64,000 bases of DNA from Phallusia mammillata (taxonomy: Eukaryota). Shown piece by piece: positions 48,101 to 60,100 of the stretch (position 1 is the stretch's first letter; every line of letters starts with the position of its first letter). Under the pieces are notes generated by a model. It saw only the letters and a list, made by a program, of their open reading frames with translations, ran no database searches and was not told the DNA's origin. Location: contig OZ281496.1 of NCBI GenBank assembly GCA_965637545.1, positions 3,162,001-3,226,000 on the forward strand, read 5' to 3'. The position numbers and the translations under genes were made by a program.

Positions 48101-51100
48101 TGAACGCGTAGGAATAAACAAATAAAATGTTATTTAATGTAGGGTAAAAACATTTTTTGTAAGTTTATTTCAGCTCCAATCTTGCTGGCCCACTTACTTT
48201 CATAGATGTCCAGTAGATGGATAGGTGGCTGCTCCAAAAACTGCACCCGAAAACACGTGCTGATAGGGTCACGGGCGTTGGCGCTATGCTCTGTGGCATA
48301 GTGCTGACAAAGGGCTGCCTTTTCGTTATAATCACCCGGTTTGAAAGAATTCCACATAGATCTGTGTCCCGTCCAACGTACTGAAAACTTATTTTTTGTT
48401 TGACCGACATACTGCTTTTGGCATATTGTGCAGGTGGCAGCATATATGCCATAGTTGCGGCATGTGAGTGTTTTTCCCTACGTCAATGACAAATGACGTC
48501 ATTGAAAAAGCAAGTATGTGGACAAACAGATTTCCACCCTCGAATGGCAACAGCTCGCAAAAGGCTCTGAATGTTTGGGCAACGAGCTTTCCATTACTAC
48601 TACAACCTTCCGCAAAAGACCGAAGTTTGGTAAAAAATATCACAATAACATACAAACGACCACCAACACTCGGAAACCTCCTTACCCGCTACAGACGGCT
48701 AGCGCAAGTCGGGGAAAACAGTTCCATGCCTATTGGGGGCTCATCTGCACCTTGTGGACACTGTGCTTTGTGTGGACACTTTGGAAATCACAAAGGAATG
48801 GTTGACTATACCACTAACATAGAAAGCAAAAAGGGTGTAACAAAGTTACGGCAAACACTCACATGCCGCAACTATGGCATATATGCTGCCACCTGCACAA
48901 TATGCCAAAAGCAGTATGTCGGTCAAACAAAAAATAAGTTTTCAGTACGTTGGACGGGACACAGATCTATGTGGAATTCTTTGTCAGCACTATGCCACGG
49001 AGCATAGCGCCAACGCCCGTGACCCTATCAGCACGTGTTTTCGGGTGCAGTTTTTGGAGCAGCCACCTATCCATCTACTGGACATCTATGAAAGTAAGTG
49101 GGCCAGCAAGATTGGAGCTGAAATAAACTTACAAAAAATGTTTTTACCCTACATTAAATAACATTTTATTTGTTTATTCCTACGCGCCTTTTGTCCGTTC
49201 ATTTTTATCAGTGTTTCCGCCATTGGTTTTTACAACGCTTCTGCCGTCCTTATCTACCTTCTTTTGCCCCGCGCCACAGATTGAGCGTTTTTCCTTTTCT
49301 TTCCATCTTTACTAGTGCGTGTTTGGCCGCGCCATCTGCAGGTCCCAGTTCTACCTTACTGTCAGCAGTTTTTAATATGTTTTGTTTGTGCTTTATAGTT
49401 ATACCTGCATACCATTTTTTAGCGCTGTTTTGTTTTTAGATACTGACGATGCCTATTACTTAGGCGAAATATATATGTCTAATAAAACGGTGGACGACTT
49501 CAGACTTGTCAAAGTTTTCAGTCTGTTATTATATGCGACTGTTGTCTCCATCTGTCGTACTGAGTCTCTGGTGACTCGTGATTTATAATATACTACACAG
49601 TTTATTGTCTACAAGCAGCGACGTCCTGTGTAGCTCAGTATGACCAACAAGCAGTTCTTGCAGTACGTATCGTACAAACAAAGGACGGTCTTGCTCAAAC
49701 GTTGTTTATCATGCAACGTTCTACTGCCATCAAACCAACGCAAGGGTATGGATTTTGACTTGCTTTTAATTCAACAACAGAGAAGAATTGCTAAAGACCT
49801 TCCTCGACTGCAAAACGCAGCGGCCAAAATAGAACCTTCTTGGCACAATCTTACGAAGGTTGATCGGGAACAATTAAGATACGCCAATGTGACATGTAAA
49901 CGGAAACATATCAGGAAATTCAACTTTTTATACAGAAAACAGGAAAAAACGCGCTTAATGACCAATTTATCTCAATTCAAAACACCCACCAATTACAGAA
50001 ATACATCAAAAAACAGGAGAAACAAGAAAGATAGAAAAAGATACAACAACCGACGTGATACGTTAAGAAAAGCAGCGTTAGTCGACAACCTAGGACAAAC
50101 CGTTACCAATAAGTCCTCCGTGACATTGGATTTTAACGACAAGCTGTTGCTTAGTTACGGTCTCAATTTCGCTCATACACCACGGTGGACGGAAACAATT
50201 GAAAATCGCGAGTGGTTAAATGCCTACCAACATGTTCGGAGGCTCGAGTGGAGTTCACTGTTCGAAGAAAATCACCAAGAACCAGCGATACCCGAAAAAC
50301 TAAAAGTGCAAAAATACTCCAGACCACATAAAGACCTTCTTGGTGACGCCATTAAAGTTTATGGTGATATTGCCTTCGCCAAGCTGCGTCAATTAGGAAC
50401 AAAGGTAATGCAACGGTATCACCAACGATGCAACCTTAATACCAGCATGAAGTGGAGTCTACGCAAGCTGATTCGCCTGACATCAAGCCACACAATTGTC
50501 ATTTGCAAATCGGACAAGGATGGCAAAATCATAATCATTGACTATGAAGACTACCAACAGGTTATGGAAAAATCGCTCGAAACACACGTCAAGCTGGAAT
50601 ATTCCTCTGAAGTATACTTAGGAAACCTTTCTCGGGCCAAAAAGAAGTGTGAAGAAAAAATCATAAACCTTCACAGAGATAACGTTTTAAGCGACATAAT
50701 GCTATGGCACACACTCGGTATAAAATGCAAGGGAAATAGCTATCAACATGTTCCTGGCCCCTCGGCTAAGCACTTTTCATGTTGTACACCTTCATACGCC
50801 TATCCCTTGTTCAAAACGCACAAGGTGGGTTTGAAGCAACTGGTAGAGATGGACGTCAGTGAAATACCTGTTCGGTTGCTGCAATCGCTGAGTCACACAC
50901 CCATGTCCAGAATTACAGCGTTCTTAGAATATCTGTTAAAGCCAATAAGTGTCTCATAGAACCAAGCCGTTGTTCCTGAGTACTGCCGGGACAGTTCTCA
51001 TTATTTACGTGAACTTTTAAATTGGAAGGAAAAGACAACATCAACAATTGAAAAACAACTTGCGGATACGCCTCTGTTTATCGTAACAGCAGATGTCAAA

Positions 51101-54100
51101 TCACTTTACAACAACATGGACCGGTCGCACCTGCGTGCGGCGCTTAAAGACGCGCTTGCAACGGAGAGCAACTTCAGCAAACATAGTATAGAAAACCTCA
51201 TCGAACTAACTTCTTATGTTTGGAAAATGCCATCCTCAAACACGGGGACAATTTTTACACTCAGAAAAAGGGCATCGTAACTGGTGACAACCATTCTGTC
51301 TCGCTCGCCAACATTGGCGTTCATTATATCATGGTGCAGGCAGCGTGCTTTATACAAAGAACAGAACTGTTCATGAGGTTCATTGACGATATGATTTATC
51401 TCTGTTTTGGCTACGATATCTTCAGAACAACCATTAGGGGTATCGAGAGCGTGTTTGCCACTCACGGTTTGGAAATAACCCACAACTACCTTACAACCGC
51501 CCAAACCGAGGGGCATATTCCATTTCTGGATGTAAACCACGTCATCAGCCGACAGAATAAATTTAAATTTAAAACAACAGACTACGTCAAAGACACCGCA
51601 ACCGGCCGACGATTTTTAAACGGATGGTCCCACCACCCTCATTCCGTTTTTAAGTCCATTATACATGGAGAGTCAAAACGACTACGGCGCTTAAACGAAC
51701 GTGACGATGATTTCAGAGCCAGCCTTGGCAAACTGCGTATCAAAGCCAAACTATCCTGCTTCCCTACGTCAATGACAAATGACGTCATTGAAAAAGCAAG
51801 TATGTGGACAAACAGATTTCCACCCTCGAATGGCAACAGCTCGCAAAAGGCTCTGAATGTTTGGGCAACGAGCTTTCCATTACTACTACAACCTTCCGCA
51901 AAAGACCGAAGTTTGGTAAAAAATATCACAATAACATACAAACGACCACCAACACTCGGAAACCTCCTTACCCGCTACAGACGGCTAGCGCAAGTCGGGG
52001 AAAACAGTTCCATGCCTATTGGGGGCTCACCTGCACCTTGTGGACACTGTGCTTTGTGTGGACACTTTGGAAATCACAAAGGAATGGTTGACTATACCAC
52101 TAACATAGAAAGCAAAAAGGGTGTAACAAAGTTACGGCAAACACTCACATGCCGCAACTATGGCATATATGCTGCCACCTGCACAATATGCCAAAAGCAG
52201 TATGTCGGTCAAACAAAAAATAAGTTTTCAGTACGTTGGACGGGACACAGATCTATGTGGAATTCTTTGTCAGCACTATGCCACGGAGCATAGCGCCAAC
52301 GCCCGTGACCCTATCAGCACGTGTTTTCGGGTGCAGTTTTTGGAGCAGCCACCTATCCATCTACTGGACATCTATGAAAGTAAGTGGGCCAGCAAGATTG
52401 GAGCTGAAATAAACTTACAAAAAATGTTTTTACCCTACATTAAATAACATTTTATTTGTTTATTCCTACGCGCCTTTTGTCCGTTCATTTTTATCAGTGT
52501 TTCCGCCATTGGTTTTTACAACGCTTCTGCCGTCCTTATCTACCTTCTTTTGCCCCGCGCCACAGATTGAGCGTTTTTCCTTTTCTTTCCATCTTTACTA
52601 GTGCGTGTTTGGCCGCGCCATCTGCAGGTCCCAGTTCTACCTTACTGTCAGCAGTTTTTAATATGTTTTGTTTGTGCTTTATAGTTATACCTGCATACCA
52701 TTTTTTAGCGCTGTTTTGTTTTTAGATACTGACGATGCCTATTACTTAGGCGAAATATATATGTCTAATAAAACGGTGGACGACTTCAGACTTGTCAAAG
52801 TTTTCAGTCTGTTATTATATGCGACTGTTGTCTCCATCTGTCGTACTGAGTCTCTGGTGACTCGTGATTTATAATATACTACACAGTTTATTGTCTACAA
52901 GCAGCGACGTCCTGTGTAGCTCAGTATGACCAACAAGCAGTTCTTGCAGTACGTATCGTACAAACAAAGGACGGTCTTGCTCAAACGTTGTTTATCATGC
53001 AACGTTCTACTGCCATCAAACCAACGCAAGGGTATGGATTTTGACTTGCTTTTAATTCAACAACAGAGAAGAATTGCTAAAGACCTTCCTCGACTGCAAA
53101 ACGCAGCGGCCAAAATAGAACCTTCTTGGCACAATCTTACGAAGGTTGATCGGGAACAATTAAGATACGCCAATGTGACATGTAAACGGAAACATATCAG
53201 GAAATTCAACTTTTTATACAGAAAACAGGAAAAAACGCGCTTAATGACCAATTTATCTCAATTCAAAACACCCACCAATTACAGAAATACATCAAAAAAC
53301 AGGAGAAACAAGAAAGATAGAAAAAGATACAACAACCGACGTGATACGTTAAGAAAAGCAGCGTTAGTCGACAACCTAGGACAAACCGTTACCAATAAGT
53401 CCTCCGTGACATTGGATTTTAACGACAAGCTGTTGCTTAGTTACGGTCTCAATTTCGCTCATACACCACGGTGGACGGAAACAATTGAAAATCGCGAGTG
53501 GTTAAATGCCTACCAACATGTTCGGAGGCTCGAGTGGAGTTCACTGTTCGAAGAAAATCACCAAGAACCAGCGATACCCGAAAAACTAAAAGTGCAAAAA
53601 TACTCCAGACCACATAAAGACCTTCTTGGTGACGCCATTAAAGTTTATGGTGATATTGCCTTCGCCAAGCTGCGTCAATTAGGAACAAAGGTAATGCAAC
53701 GGTATCACCAACGATGCAACCTTAATACCAGCATGAAGTGGAGTCTACGCAAGCTGATTCGCCTGACATCAAGCCACACAATTGTCATTTGCAAATCGGA
53801 CAAGGATGGCAAAATCATAATCATTGACTATGAAGACTACCAACAGGTTATGGAAAAATCGCTCGAAACACACGTCAAGCTGGAATATTCCTCTGAAGTA
53901 TACTTAGGAAACCTTTCTCGGGCCAAAAAGAAGTGTGAAGAAAAAATCATAAACCTTCACAGAGATAACGTTTTAAGCGACATAATGCTATGGCACACAC
54001 TCGGTATAAAATGCAAGGGAAATAGCTATCAACATGTTCCTGGCCCCTCGGCTAAGCACTTTTCATGTTGTACACCTTCATACGCCTATCCCTTGTTCAA

Positions 54101-57100
54101 AACGCACAAGGTGGGTTTGAAGCAACTGGTAGAGATGGACGTCAGTGAAATACCTGTTCGGTTGCTGCAATCGCTGAGTCACACACCCATGTCCAGAATT
54201 ACAGCGTTCTTAGAATATCTGTTAAAGCCAATAAGTGTCTCATAGAACCAAGCCGTTGTTCCTGAGTACTGCCGGGACAGTTCTCATTATTTACGTGAAC
54301 TTTTAAATTGGAAGGAAAAGACAACATCAACAATTGAAAAACAACTTGCGGATACGCCTCTGTTTATCGTAACAGCAGATGTCAAATCACTTTACAACAA
54401 CATGGACCGGTCGCACCTGCGTGCGGCGCTTAAAGACGCGCTTGCAACGGAGAGCAACTTCAGCAAACATAGTATAGAAAACCTCATCGAACTAACTTCT
54501 TATGTTTGGAAAATGCCATCCTCAAACACGGGGACAATTTTTACACTCAGAAAAAGGGCATCGTAACTGGTGACAACCATTCTGTCTCGCTCGCCAACAT
54601 TGGCGTTCATTATATCATGGTGCAGGCAGCGTGCTTTATACAAAGAACAGAACTGTTCATGAGGTTCATTGACGATATGATTTATCTCTGTTTTGGCTAC
54701 GATATCTTCAGAACAACCATTAGGGGTATCGAGAGCGTGTTTGCCACTCACGGTTTGGAAATAACCCACAACTACCTTACAACCGCCCAAACCGAGGGGC
54801 ATATTCCATTTCTGGATGTAAACCACGTCATCAGCCGACAGAATAAATTTAAATTTAAAACAACAGACTACGTCAAAGACACCGCAACCGGCCGACGATT
54901 TTTAAACGGATGGTCCCACCACCCTCATTCCGTTTTTAAGTCCATTATACATGGAGAGTCAAAACGACTACGGCGCTTAAACGAACGTGACGATGATTTC
55001 AGAGCCAGCCTTGGCAAACTGCGTATCAAAGCCAAACTATCCTGCTTCCCTACGTCAATGACAAATGACGTCATTGAAAAAGCAAGTATGTGGACAAACA
55101 GATTTCCACCCTCGAATGGCAACAGCTCGCAAAAGGCTCTGAATGTTTGGGCAACGAGCTTTCCATTACTACTACAACCTTCCGCAAAAGACCGAAGTTT
55201 GGTAAAAAATATCACAATAACATACAAACGACCACCAACACTCGGAAACCTCCTTACCCGCTACAGACGGCTAGCGCAAGTCGGGGAAAACAGTTCCATG
55301 CCTATTGGGGGCTCACCTGCACCTTGTGGACACTGTGCTTTGTGTGGACACTTTGGAAATCACAAAGGAATGGTTGACTATACCACTAACATAGAAAGCA
55401 AAAAGGGTGTAACAAAGTTACGGCAAACACTCACATGCCGCAACTATGGCATATATGCTGCCACCTGCACAATATGCCAAAAGCAGTATGTCGGTCAAAC
55501 AAAAAATAAGTTTTCAGTACGTTGGACGGGACACAGATCTATGTGGAATTCTTTGTCAGCACTATGCCACGGAGCATAGCGCCAACGCCCGTGACCCTAT
55601 CAGCACGTGTTTTCGGGTGCAGTTTTTGGAGCAGCCACCTATCCATCTACTGGACATCTATGAAAGTAAGTGGGCCAGCAAGATTGGAGCTGAAATAAAC
55701 TTACAAAAAATGTTTTTACCCTACATTAAATAACATTTTATTTGTTTATTCCTACGCGCCTTTTGTCCGTTCATTTTTATCAGTGTTTCCGCCATTGGTT
55801 TTTACAACGCTTCTGCCGTCCTTATCTACCTTCTTTTGCCCCGCGCCACAGATTGAGCGTTTTTCCTTTTCTTTCCATCTTTACTAGTGCGTGTTTGGCC
55901 GCGCCATCTGCAGGTCCCAGTTCTACCTTACTGTCAGCAGTTTTTAATATGTTTTGTTTGTGCTTTATAGTTATACCTGCATACCATTTTTTAGCGCTGT
56001 TTTGTTTTTAGATACTGACGATGCCTATTACTTAGGCGAAATATATATGTCTAATAAAACGGTGGACGACTTCAGACTTGTCAAAGTTTTCAGTCTGTTA
56101 TTATATGCGACTGTTGTCTCCATCTGTCGTACTGAGTCTCTGGTGACTCGTGATTTATAATATACTACACAGTTTATTGTCTACAAGCAGCGACGTCCTG
56201 TGTAGCTCAGTATGACCAACAAGCAGTTCTTGCAGTACGTATCGTACAAACAAAGGACGGTCTTGCTCAAACGTTGTTTATCATGCAACGTTCTACTGCC
56301 ATCAAACCAACGCAAGGGTATGGATTTTGACTTGCTTTTAATTCAACAACAGAGAAGAATTGCTAAAGACCTTCCTCGACTGCAAAACGCAGCGGCCAAA
56401 ATAGAACCTTCTTGGCACAATCTTACGAAGGTTGATCGGGAACAATTAAGATACGCCAATGTGACATGTAAACGGAAACATATCAGGAAATTCAACTTTT
56501 TATACAGAAAACAGGAAAAAACGCGCTTAATGACCAATTTATCTCAATTCAAAACACCCACCAATTACAGAAATACATCAAAAAACAGGAGAAACAAGAA
56601 AGATAGAAAAAGATACAACAACCGACGTGATACGTTAAGAAAAGCAGCGTTAGTCGACAACCTAGGACAAACCGTTACCAATAAGTCCTCCGTGACATTG
56701 GATTTTAACGACAAGCTGTTGCTTAGTTACGGTCTCAATTTCGCTCATACACCACGGTGGACGGAAACAATTGAAAATCGCGAGTGGTTAAATGCCTACC
56801 AACATGTTCGGAGGCTCGAGTGGAGTTCACTGTTCGAAGAAAATCACCAAGAACCAGCGATACCCGAAAAACTAAAAGTGCAAAAATACTCCAGACCACA
56901 TAAAGACCTTCTTGGTGACGCCATTAAAGTTTATGGTGATATTGCCTTCGCCAAGCTGCGTCAATTAGGAACAAAGGTAATGCAACGGTATCACCAACGA
57001 TGCAACCTTAATACCAGCATGAAGTGGAGTCTACGCAAGCTGATTCGCCTGACATCAAGCCACACAATTGTCATTTGCAAATCGGACAAGGATGGCAAAA

Positions 57101-60100
57101 TCATAATCATTGACTATGAAGACTACCAACAGGTTATGGAAAAATCGCTCGAAACACACGTCAAGCTGGAATATTCCTCTGAAGTATACTTAGGAAACCT
57201 TTCTCGGGCCAAAAAGAAGTGTGAAGAAAAAATCATAAACCTTCACAGAGATAACGTTTTAAGCGACATAATGCTATGGCACACACTCGGTATAAAATGC
57301 AAGGGAAATAGCTATCAACATGTTCCTGGCCCCTCGGCTAAGCACTTTTCATGTTGTACACCTTCATACGCCTATCCCTTGTTCAAAACGCACAAGGTGG
57401 GTTTGAAGCAACTGGTAGAGATGGACGTCAGTGAAATACCTGTTCGGTTGCTGCAATCGCTGAGTCACACACCCATGTCCAGAATTACAGCGTTCTTAGA
57501 ATATCTGTTAAAGCCAATAAGTGTCTCATAGAACCAAGCCGTTGTTCCTGAGTACTGCCGGGACAGTTCTCATTATTTACGTGAACTTTTAAATTGGAAG
57601 GAAAAGACAACATCAACAATTGAAAAACAACTTGCGGATACGCCTCTGTTTATCGTAACAGCAGATGTCAAATCACTTTACAACAACATGGACCGGTCGC
57701 ACCTGCGTGCGGCGCTTAAAGACGCGCTTGCAACGGAGAGCAACTTCAGCAAACATAGTATAGAAAACCTCATCGAACTAACTTCTTATGTTTGGAAAAT
57801 GCCATCCTCAAACACGGGGACAATTTTTACACTCAGAAAAAGGGCATCGTAACTGGTGACAACCATTCTGTCTCGCTCGCCAACATTGGCGTTCATTATA
57901 TCATGGTGCAGGCAGCGTGCTTTATACAAAGAACAGAACTGTTCATGAGGTTCATTGACGATATGATTTATCTCTGTTTTGGCTACGATATCTTCAGAAC
58001 AACCATTAGGGGTATCGAGAGCGTGTTTGCCACTCACGGTTTGGAAATAACCCACAACTACCTTACAACCGCCCAAACCGAGGGGCATATTCCATTTCTG
58101 GATGTAAACCACGTCATCAGCCGACAGAATAAATTTAAATTTAAAACAACAGACTACGTCAAAGACACCGCAACCGGCCGACGATTTTTAAACGGATGGT
58201 CCCACCACCCTCATTCCGTTTTTAAGTCCATTATACATGGAGAGTCAAAACGACTACGGCGCTTAAACGAACGTGACGATGATTTCAGAGCCAGCCTTGG
58301 CAAACTGCGTATCAAAGCCAAACTATCCTGCTTCCCTACGTCAATGACAAATGACGTCATTGAAAAAGCAAGTATGTGGACAAACAGATTTCCACCCTCG
58401 AATGGCAACAGCTCGCAAAAGGCTCTGAATGTTTGGGCAACGAGCTTTCCATTACTACTACAACCTTCCGCAAAAGACCGAAGTTTGGTAAAAAATATCA
58501 CAATAACATACAAACGACCACCAACACTCGGAAACCTCCTTACCCGCTACAGACGGCTAGCGCAAGTCGGGGAAAACAGTTCCATGCCTATTGGGGGCTC
58601 ACCTGCACCTTGTGGACACTGTGCTTTGTGTGGACACTTTGGAAATCACAAAGGAATGGTTGACTATACCACTAACATAGAAAGCAAAAAGGGTGTAACA
58701 AAGTTACGGCAAACACTCACATGCCGCAACTATGGCATATATGCTGCCACCTGCACAATATGCCAAAAGCAGTATGTCGGTCAAACAAAAAATAAGTTTT
58801 CAGTACGTTGGACGGGACACAGATCTATGTGGAATTCTTTGTCAGCACTATGCCACGGAGCATAGCGCCAACGCCCGTGACCCTATCAGCACGTGTTTTC
58901 GGGTGCAGTTTTTGGAGCAGCCACCTATCCATCTACTGGACATCTATGAAAGTAAGTGGGCCAGCAAGATTGGAGCTGAAATAAACTTACAAAAAATGTT
59001 TTTACCCTACATTAAATAACATTTTATTTGTTTATTCCTACGCGCCTTTTGTCCGTTCATTTTTATCAGTGTTTCCGCCATTGGTTTTTACAACGCTTCT
59101 GCCGTCCTTATCTACCTTCTTTTGCCCCGCGCCACAGATTGAGCGTTTTTCCTTTTCTTTCCATCTTTACTAGTGCGTGTTTGGCCGCGCCATCTGCAGG
59201 TCCCAGTTCTACCTTACTGTCAGCAGTTTTTAATATGTTTTGTTTGTGCTTTATAGTTATACCTGCATACCATTTTTTAGCGCTGTTTTGTTTTTAGATA
59301 CTGACGATGCCTATTACTTAGGCGAAATATATATGTCTAATAAAACGGTGGACGACTTCAGACTTGTCAAAGTTTTCAGTCTGTTATTATATGCGACTGT
59401 TGTCTCCATCTGTCGTACTGAGTCTCTGGTGACTCGTGATTTATAATATACTACACAGTTTATTGTCTACAAGCAGCGACGTCCTGTGTAGCTCAGTATG
59501 ACCAACAAGCAGTTCTTGCAGTACGTATCGTACAAACAAAGGACGGTCTTGCTCAAACGTTGTTTATCATGCAACGTTCTACTGCCATCAAACCAACGCA
59601 AGGGTATGGATTTTGACTTGCTTTTAATTCAACAACAGAGAAGAATTGCTAAAGACCTTCCTCGACTGCAAAACGCAGCGGCCAAAATAGAACCTTCTTG
59701 GCACAATCTTACGAAGGTTGATCGGGAACAATTAAGATACGCCAATGTGACATGTAAACGGAAACATATCAGGAAATTCAACTTTTTATACAGAAAACAG
59801 GAAAAAACGCGCTTAATGACCAATTTATCTCAATTCAAAACACCCACCAATTACAGAAATACGTCAAAAAACAGGAGAAACAAGAAAGATAGAAAAAGAT
59901 ACAACAACCGACGTGATACGTTAAGAAAAGCAGCGTTAGTCGACAACCTAGGACAAACCGTTATCAATAAGTCCTCCGTGACATTGGATTTTAACGACAA
60001 GCTGTTGCTTAGTTACGGTCTCAATTTCGCTCCTACACCACGGTGGACGGAAACAATTGAAAATCGCGAGTGGTTAAATGCCTACCAACATGTTCGGAGG

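Noticed and set aside
49382-49588. 68-aa upstream ORF in each pLTR (and the 89-aa ORF 49170..49439)
   Set aside because: Recurs only because the pLTR is repeated; overlaps the ribozyme motif and has no protein features.
50957-50959. Selenocysteine recoding of the in-frame stop, as in selenoprotein-encoding Naiad PLEs
   Set aside because: The codon is TAG, not TGA, there is only one, and the domain order here is C-terminal EN.
51214-52447. Short recurring ORFs in the array (MVYIQK..., MYVIVI..., MDKQIS..., MAYMLP...)
   Set aside because: Antisense or off-frame shadows of the RT/GIY-YIG ORF. The plus-strand MAYMLP ORF only joins the true C-terminus because of the 35-bp deletion.
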